Source: an uncultured Gammaproteobacteria bacterium (lineage in GTDB: Bacteria > Patescibacteriota > Microgenomatia > PFEM01 > JAPLYW01). From it: DNA of 64,000 nt. A program made the position numbers and the translations under genes. How positions within the stretch are numbered: the stretch's first letter is position 1; the number at the start of each line of letters is the position of its first letter. Location: positions 88,029-152,028 of the forward strand of contig OZ246397.1 of NCBI GenBank assembly GCA_965230945.1, read 5' to 3'. Below, piece by piece: positions 58,188 to 64,000 of the stretch. The notes under the pieces were generated by a model. It searched no databases. It was not told where the DNA came from and was given only the letters and a program-made list of their open reading frames with translations.

Positions 58188-59048
58188 GTGAATATGAATA
58201 AAAATAAAACAAAAAAGAATTTAGTTAAATTTAAAGTTAGTGAAATTCAGATGGCCAAAAAAGAGCCTTTAGTTTCAGTGCTACTCTGCACCTATAATGC
58301 CGAGAGATTTATTGTTCCAACAATTAAATCTATAATATCGCAATCTTATAAAAACTTGGAAATATTAATATTAGATAATAATTCTTCAGATAATACTATA
58401 AATATTTTAAAGGAATTATCTAAATTAGATAAGAAAATCAAACTTTTTGAAAGCAAAATCAACCATGGAGCCTATGGAGGGTTAAACTATCTAATGAAAT
58501 TTGCAAAAGGAAAATATATTGCAATAATTGATCATGACGATATATGGCAAAAAAATAAAATTGCTATACAAATTAAATTTTTAGAAAAGAATAAAGAGTA
58601 TGTTGGTTGTGGGTGTTTATCAATATTATATTTTGAAAAGAATGGAGAATTTATTTTACAAAAATACAAATATCAACAAAAATTTGTACCTCACCCTAGC
58701 TTGGTATTCAGAAACGAAGGATACAGATATGATACTTCTATTCTATACAAAACAGATTCTTATTTTATGGAAAAAATACTTTGTAAAGATTCAAAAATAT
58801 TTTTATTTAAAAAATATTTTTATATTAATAGGGTGAGGGAGGATGGAGGTAATCTCTCAAAAAAATTGAGAAACCCTAAAAATATAATTTTAACTTTTAT
58901 TAAGACAAAAGACCTCTCTATGTTATTTAAGGGTCTATTTTGGATTATATTTCCAAAATTTCTTTGGAATACTTTTTATAAAATACTGTTTTCTGGTAAG
59001 AAAATTACTGATTTGGATAAATATGGTTTCAAAAAAGAGGACTTATAG
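58188..59048 (+). CDS. Family 2 glycosyltransferase (GT2)
   Basis: VSVLLCTYNAERFI...ILILDNNSSDNT...IDHDD. Confidence 0.8.
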   Translation: MNMNKNKTKKNLVKFKVSEIQMAKKEPLVSVLLCTYNAERFIVPTIKSIISQSYKNLEILILDNNSSDNTINILKELSKLDKKIKLFESKINHGAYGGLNYLMKFAKGKYIAIIDHDDIWQKNKIAIQIKFLEKNKEYVGCGCLSILYFEKNGEFILQKYKYQQKFVPHPSLVFRNEGYRYDTSILYKTDSYFMEKILCKDSKIFLFKKYFYINRVREDGGNLSKKLRNPKNIILTFIKTKDLSMLFKGLFWIIFPKFLWNTFYKILFSGKKITDLDKYGFKKEDL

Positions 59049-59266
59049 ATTTAAGATGGTTATTAACCGAAAAAATTTCTAATTTTGAAAAGATTAGAGC
59101 GAAAAATATTGATGAAATTGCAGAAGCCATAAAAAAAGTAATTGAAGATAAAAATTTAAGAGAAAATCTAATTAAAGAGGGTTATAAAAATGTAAAAAGA
59201 TTTTCTTGGAATAAGTCTGCAAGGAATTTATTAAGGGTCTATGAGAAAGTTTATAATGAAAGATAA
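59021..59266 (+). pseudogene. Relic C-terminal fragment of a GT4 glycosyltransferase (no start codon; frame opens after the TAA at 59018)
   Basis: Translation ...DLRWLLTEKISNFEKIRAKNIDEIAEAIKKVIEDKNLRENLIKEGYKNVKRFSWNKSARNLLRVYEKVYNER* is a typical GT4 C-terminal tail. It lies in the gap between two GT2 genes and overlaps the next gene's start. Confidence 0.5.
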
Positions 59267-60236
59267 AAAGTTTCCCCTAATCAGTGTAGTAATGTTAAAT
59301 TATAACGGCCTGGAATATCTAAAAAGAACCATTCCACCGATTTTAAAATTGGATTATCCAAATTATGAATTTATAATTGTGGACAATGGATCCAATGATG
59401 GCAGTCTGCAATTTATAAAAAAATTTAAAAAAATAAAGGTTATAGAAAATAAAAAAAATCTGGGCCTTTCTAGGGGTAAAAATTTAGGAATTAAAAAAGC
59501 CAATGGAGAATACATATTTTCAATTGACAATGATATTGTGGTTAATATAAATAAAAATGATTTAGAAAGATTAATAAACTTTTATAAAGAAGATGCAGGT
59601 TTTATTCAATTCCCATTAAAAAACAAAAACAGCAATCGTATATTTTATTATGGTGTTTATTTTTCTTTTTATGGGCTTAATATGCACAGGCCATCGGTTG
59701 ATATTAAAAAAATACTAAATTTATCAGGCGATTTTATTGAAATTGGTGGCCCAACCGGAGGTTGTTTTTTTTGCAGTAAAAAAAATTGGGAGAAGATTGG
59801 TGGTTTTGACGAATCTCAAACTTTTAATATAGATGATGCAGATATAGGTTCAAGGTCGATGATTTATGGGTATAAAAACTACCTGTACACAAAAGATTAT
59901 TTTATCCATCTAGGGATTGGAAAAACATTAACTATAAAAAATTATTGCAACAAGTATAAACTTCTTTTTTCAGGTCATGCGAGAAGTATAATTAAAAACT
60001 ACAGCTTGAAAAATTTAATTCTTTTATTCCCCATATTTTTTATTTTCCAATCTATAAAAACAATCAGATATTCTATAAAAAAGAGAAGCCCAACAGTATT
60101 ATTAGCTTTTTTAAAATCTCTAAGTATATTTATTAAGAATCTTCCTGATACATTTAGACAAAGAAAAATAGTTCAATCAAAAAGAATCATAAAAAAAGAT
60201 ATTTTTCTAGAAATTAAAGTACCAAGATTTAAATAG
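59241..60236 (+). CDS. Family 2 glycosyltransferase (GT2)
   Basis: ISVVMLNYNGLEYL...FIIVDNGSNDGS. The true start may be the ATG at 59256. Confidence 0.8.
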   Translation: MRKFIMKDKKFPLISVVMLNYNGLEYLKRTIPPILKLDYPNYEFIIVDNGSNDGSLQFIKKFKKIKVIENKKNLGLSRGKNLGIKKANGEYIFSIDNDIVVNINKNDLERLINFYKEDAGFIQFPLKNKNSNRIFYYGVYFSFYGLNMHRPSVDIKKILNLSGDFIEIGGPTGGCFFCSKKNWEKIGGFDESQTFNIDDADIGSRSMIYGYKNYLYTKDYFIHLGIGKTLTIKNYCNKYKLLFSGHARSIIKNYSLKNLILLFPIFFIFQSIKTIRYSIKKRSPTVLLAFLKSLSIFIKNLPDTFRQRKIVQSKRIIKKDIFLEIKVPRFK

Positions 60237-61502
60237 ATGAATAATTTTATAAAAAATAAATACCAACAGCATAAAGAAATAATTCATAATTTTATTTGGA
60301 GAGCGTTGCAAATATTTGGCAAACAAGGAATCACTTTCTTAATATTCATCTTATGTGCTAAATTACTTACTCCTTATGATTTTGGTATTTACAATTATAT
60401 TTTAGCAGTTATTTTCTTTTTGATTATCTTTGGAGATTTTGGTATCTCAACAGCCACCTCAAAATATGTGGCAGAATATAATACCACAGATAAAAAAAAG
60501 TTAAAGGCGATTTTATTTAATTCTTTAATTATTCTTACAGCCTTAGGTTTTATCGTAACTTTATTAACTGTTTTTTTTGGAAAATTTTTCTTAAGAGAAA
60601 AGTATATCTTTGTATTGTATGCCCTACCTCTTATTTTCTTAGCTCCAATAAGCTCCTTATATGATGGCATCTTCAGGGGGTTAAAAAGGTTTAAAGAATT
60701 GGCAATTATCTCTTTATTTGTAGGTTTTTTCTCTGTTATTTTTGTATATCTTCTAGTTAAAAATTTTGGTTTGATTGGAGCCTTAGTTTCTCAAAATTTA
60801 TTTTATTTCGCCCTGGTTTTAACCTTATTTTTTGTTTATAGAAATTTACATTTCCAATTTGATAAAAAATTAATGAAAACTATTTTTTCTTATTCTCTTG
60901 TCATTGGTGTTTCAAGCGTTGCTTATTTCTTATATTCAAGAGTCGATATTTTAGTTTTAGGTCATTTTGGCTATATTAAGGAAATTGGATATTACGAATT
61001 AATCAATAAATTTTTTGCAATAATGATACTGCCTTTTGTTATATCTGCACAAGTAATTGCTCCAAATATAACGGCTTATTTTGCTAAAAAGGAATATTCT
61101 AAAATCAGAAAAAAATTATATTCATTTATAAAAACTCTCATTCCTCTATCAATAATTGTTGCTATTTTCTTCTATTTTATTTTTCCTCAATTAATAAGAA
61201 TATTTTTACCAGAATATTTTGTCAGAGAAATGCTTATCTCAATAATGATTTTAAGTTTTTTAATCCCAACGAAAATTTGGGGAGTCTTTCAAATACAAGG
61301 TTTTGTAGTTGCAACAGGATATGCAAAAATAATAGCTATAACTACATTAATTGGTGGTATTTTAAATGTTATTTTTGACATAATATTTATTAAATGGGTT
61401 GGATTTACGGGAGTATTTTGGGTTACTTTAATCATTCATACAATAAGTATATTTACAGTGACTTTCTTTTATACTAAACGGTTAAGTGGTGAAATAAAAT
61501 GA
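60237..61502 (+). CDS. Wzx-like flippase / polysaccharide biosynthesis protein (MOP superfamily), second copy
   Basis: Polytopic; matches the Polysacc_synt-like N-terminus. Confidence 0.7.
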   Translation: MNNFIKNKYQQHKEIIHNFIWRALQIFGKQGITFLIFILCAKLLTPYDFGIYNYILAVIFFLIIFGDFGISTATSKYVAEYNTTDKKKLKAILFNSLIILTALGFIVTLLTVFFGKFFLREKYIFVLYALPLIFLAPISSLYDGIFRGLKRFKELAIISLFVGFFSVIFVYLLVKNFGLIGALVSQNLFYFALVLTLFFVYRNLHFQFDKKLMKTIFSYSLVIGVSSVAYFLYSRVDILVLGHFGYIKEIGYYELINKFFAIMILPFVISAQVIAPNITAYFAKKEYSKIRKKLYSFIKTLIPLSIIVAIFFYFIFPQLIRIFLPEYFVREMLISIMILSFLIPTKIWGVFQIQGFVVATGYAKIIAITTLIGGILNVIFDIIFIKWVGFTGVFWVTLIIHTISIFTVTFFYTKRLSGEIK

Positions 61503-62227
61503 TTTTAAGAATTTACAGAAAAATAAATAATAAATTAAAAAGATTATTTTTTGATTGTTATTATTATTTTTATAATTTAACGGATAGAGATTTAAGCTGT
61601 AAAATTAATAGGATTTTATCTTTCAATGAAAAATCAATTAATATGTCTGAGAATGAACAAGAAGAACAAGCTCTGCCGGGAATGTCTAAATATTTTAAAA
61701 ATGGTTGGTATAAATATATGCTTGGCCGATATTTATTTAGTTTAAAATATATAAAGAATAAGTCTGTCTTAGATACTGCTTGCGGGTTCGGTTGGGGAAG
61801 TTATTTGATTTCAAATTACGCAAAAAAGATTGCTGCGGTTGATATTAATAGTAAAGCTTTAGCTTTTGCAAAAAAAACTTGGAAAGAACAAAATCTGATA
61901 TTTAAACAATTATCCATTTTAGAACTAGAAAAACTAAAAGAAACATTTGATGTGGTCTTAGGCTATGAAATTATAGAACATTTAAATATCTCAGATGGTG
62001 AGAAATACATCTTACAAATTTCTAAAGTGTTAAAAAATAACGGGGTATTAATTATGTCTTCTTATTTTCCCGAATCAAAGAAGGATGCAAAAAAAATCGA
62101 AAAAAGAAATATTTTTCATCTACATATATACACAAAATCTGAGGTTAGATATTTTTTGAATAAACATGATTTTAATAATGTTAAATATTATGGTGATCTA
62201 ATTATTATAGCAAGTAAAGATAATTAA
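61499..62227 (+). CDS. Class I SAM-dependent methyltransferase
   Basis: VLDTACGFGWGS motif I and VDIN post-I region. Confidence 0.7.
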   Translation: MILRIYRKINNKLKRLFFDCYYYFYNLTDRDLSCKINRILSFNEKSINMSENEQEEQALPGMSKYFKNGWYKYMLGRYLFSLKYIKNKSVLDTACGFGWGSYLISNYAKKIAAVDINSKALAFAKKTWKEQNLIFKQLSILELEKLKETFDVVLGYEIIEHLNISDGEKYILQISKVLKNNGVLIMSSYFPESKKDAKKIEKRNIFHLHIYTKSEVRYFLNKHDFNNVKYYGDLIIIASKDN

Positions 62228-62229
62228 TT

Positions 62230-63582
62230 ATGAAAAAAATATGCCTAGTTTATCCTGCCCAAACAGAACTTCCCTATTTTTTTAATAAAATAACAAATAT
62301 TCCTAAAAATCCGGTTTTATTACCTCCCCTAGGCTTACTTTATATAGCTTCAAATTCAAAATACAAAATAGATATTTTAGATAATAGGGTTGAAAAATTA
62401 GATGATAGTAAACTTTTTGAAAAATTAAAAAAATATGATGTTGTCGGCTTCGGGGGTACAATTTTTGAGGCTAAACAGGCGGTAAAAGTTTCTACTTGTT
62501 TAAAAAAAATAGGCAAAATTACAATCTATGGTGGTCCAAATGCGACAGTTAATTGGGAGTTATATTTAGGAAAATTTTCCTACATTATCAGAGGGGAAGC
62601 AGAAGAGTTAATTGATAAATTATTGAATAAACTTAATTCAAAAAATAAAGAATTTATATATAAAGATGGAACTTATGTTAATAAAGATATCAACAGAATC
62701 GAACATCTAGACCGACTTAAATTCCCCAATAGAGATTTAATTGACTTATCGAAGTATAAAAGAATTGAAAGCTCATATTTACCAGGTATTTCCCCTGTAG
62801 ATACTGTGGTTAGTAGTAGAGGCTGTCCCTTTGATTGTACCTTCTGCTCTTCTTCTTATATCTGGAATAGAAGGTATACTTTCAGGCCGATGGATAATGT
62901 TATTGAAGAAATAAAAATGATGATAAAAAAGTATAAAACTAAGGGTATTTATTTTAGGGAAGACAATTTTACCATTTTAAAAAAAGGAGTCATAGAATTT
63001 TGTGAGAAAGTAAAAAATCTAAAGATAAAATGGATGTGTGAATCGAGGGTGGATACTTTAGACGAAGAGATGATAAAAAAAATGAAAAATAGTGGCTGTG
63101 ACGCGATTTGGTTTGGGATAGAGTCAACTAACAATAAAACACTTCAATTAATTAATAAGGGATTTAAAATTGAAACAGTCATAAAGACAATAAATCTTTG
63201 TAAAAATTATGGAATAAAAACCGGCGGTGGTTTTATGCTTGGTTTCCCGCATGAGAAAAAAGAAGATATTTTAAAGACAATAAAAGAATCGAAAAAAATG
63301 GGACTGGATACAGTTTTCTATAATAGAGTATGGGCAATTCCAAAGTCTGCGATGTATGAGTTTATTATTAAAAATAAATTAGATACCTATAAATTTGAAA
63401 ATATAATTATTCCCGCCACAAAATACTTATCGGCAGATGAAGTAACAGATCTTTATTATAAAAACGTTGGCAAAGACAAATGGCAAATTATAGTTTTCAA
63501 AAAAATTATAGGTGAAAAAAAATTATTAGGATTTAAGAATAAACACCCATTAATTGTTAATTTCTCTAAGAAGTTCTTTTAA
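62230..63582 (+). CDS. B12-binding radical SAM enzyme (class B rSAM, methyltransferase-like)
   Basis: N-terminal cobalamin-binding Rossmann region, then SSRGCPFDCTFCSS (CxxxCxxC) radical SAM core. Confidence 0.8.
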   Translation: MKKICLVYPAQTELPYFFNKITNIPKNPVLLPPLGLLYIASNSKYKIDILDNRVEKLDDSKLFEKLKKYDVVGFGGTIFEAKQAVKVSTCLKKIGKITIYGGPNATVNWELYLGKFSYIIRGEAEELIDKLLNKLNSKNKEFIYKDGTYVNKDINRIEHLDRLKFPNRDLIDLSKYKRIESSYLPGISPVDTVVSSRGCPFDCTFCSSSYIWNRRYTFRPMDNVIEEIKMMIKKYKTKGIYFREDNFTILKKGVIEFCEKVKNLKIKWMCESRVDTLDEEMIKKMKNSGCDAIWFGIESTNNKTLQLINKGFKIETVIKTINLCKNYGIKTGGGFMLGFPHEKKEDILKTIKESKKMGLDTVFYNRVWAIPKSAMYEFIIKNKLDTYKFENIIIPATKYLSADEVTDLYYKNVGKDKWQIIVFKKIIGEKKLLGFKNKHPLIVNFSKKFF

Positions 63583-63586
63583 TAAT

Positions 63587-64000
63587 ATGTTTACCCCCAA
63601 AATTTCAGTAGTAATGTCTGTTTATAACTCTGAAAAATTTTTGGATGCAGCAATCAAGAGCATTCTTGAGCAAAGCTTTAAAAATTTCGAGTTTATTATT
63701 ATTAATGACGGATCTACAGATAATTCATCGGAAATCATTAAAAAATATATTGAAAATGATAAAAAAATTGTCTTGATTAACAATAAAAAAAATTTGGGTA
63801 GGGCTAAAAGCAGAAATGAAGGCCTAAAAATTGCTAGGGGGAAATACGTTGCTATATTAGACTCTGACGACATTGCTTTGCCGGAGAGATTAGGGGAACA
63901 ATATAATTTCTTGGGAAAAAACAGAGAATTTTTTTTAGTTGGTTCAAGTGCATATAATATTGATGAACAAGGAGGTATTTTAACAACACACAAGTCAATA
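63587..64000 (+). CDS. Family 2 glycosyltransferase (partial; runs off the window end)
   Basis: MFTPKISVVMSVYNSEKFL...FIIINDGSTDNS...LDSDD. The antisense track ORF 63622..63993 is spurious. Confidence 0.75.
   Translation, partial: MFTPKISVVMSVYNSEKFLDAAIKSILEQSFKNFEFIIINDGSTDNSSEIIKKYIENDKKIVLINNKKNLGRAKSRNEGLKIARGKYVAILDSDDIALPERLGEQYNFLGKNREFFLVGSSAYNIDEQGGILTTHKSI

Noticed and set aside
63622-63993. 123-aa minus-strand track ORF at the window end
   Set aside because: The plus strand here encodes a clear GT2 N-terminus (VVMSVYNSEKFL...DGSTDNS); the minus ORF is its antisense shadow.
1-64000. CRISPR arrays, rRNA genes, transposases or integrases
   Set aside because: No spaced direct-repeat arrays and no recognisable recombinase or rRNA sequence seen. 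The only interspersed repeats are the short duplications listed in the findings.

Overview
The window is AT-rich and densely packed with genes, almost all on the minus strand. The content looks like a Patescibacteria/CPR-type bacterium: a type-2 isoleucyl-tRNA synthetase, a short RecO, and many overlapping gene junctions. This lineage call is inference.

**Flanks and housekeeping, about 1-12900.** The left end carries the tail of a glycosylation cluster: a partial O-antigen-ligase-like gene, a family 2 glycosyltransferase (GT2) and a short methyltransferase-like gene. Next comes a secreted lectin-plus-lipase protein with a Thr/Pro-rich linker (an alpha/beta hydrolase with a GHSLGG motif). Then follow a protein with an HEXXH motif, tRNA-Val(CAC), lepB, parB, rplU-rpmA, a second SEDS-family (FtsW/RodA) gene, ileS and two tightly coupled hypothetical genes.

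**Division and cell-wall (dcw) cluster, about 13000-32300.** The minus strand reads, in transcription order: mraZ, rsmH, ftsL, ftsI, murE, murC, murB, murA, murF, mraY, murD, ftsW, then an insertion, then murG, ftsQ, ftsA and ftsZ. The insertion between ftsW and murG holds xth, a 49-aa zinc-ribbon gene, a 99-aa gene, and a convergent 105-aa gene, with a bidirectional terminator. A putative MraZ operator made of GTGGTGTA repeats lies upstream of mraZ.

**Glycan-assembly island, about 35100-64000.** Genes glyQS and recO precede it. The island contains:
- a large membrane-anchored extracytoplasmic protein;
- a small polyisoprenyl-phosphate sugar transferase and a mannose-1-phosphate guanylyltransferase;
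- about twelve family 4 and family 2 glycosyltransferases (GT4/GT2);
- two ArnT/PMT-like GT-C membrane glycosyltransferases;
- an O-antigen-ligase-like (Wzy_C) protein with its own Thr/Pro linker;
- two Wzx-like flippases and a hexapeptide acyltransferase;
- two SAM methyltransferases and a B12-binding radical-SAM enzyme;
- several small unknown proteins.

My best candidate for an undescribed system is a lipid-linked glycan pathway with PglL-like O-oligosaccharyltransferase candidates. This would be a general protein O-glycosylation or surface-glycopolymer system whose likely targets are the Thr/Pro-rich linkers seen in this window.

**Oddities in the island.** A 155-codon gene has an internal in-frame TGA. 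Two glycosyltransferase gene remnants and a GC-rich intergenic motif are present. A 27-bp tandem duplication sits at the rsmH/ftsL junction. Composition shifts to more AT-rich after about 57200.

No CRISPR array, rRNA gene or recognisable transposase is present.
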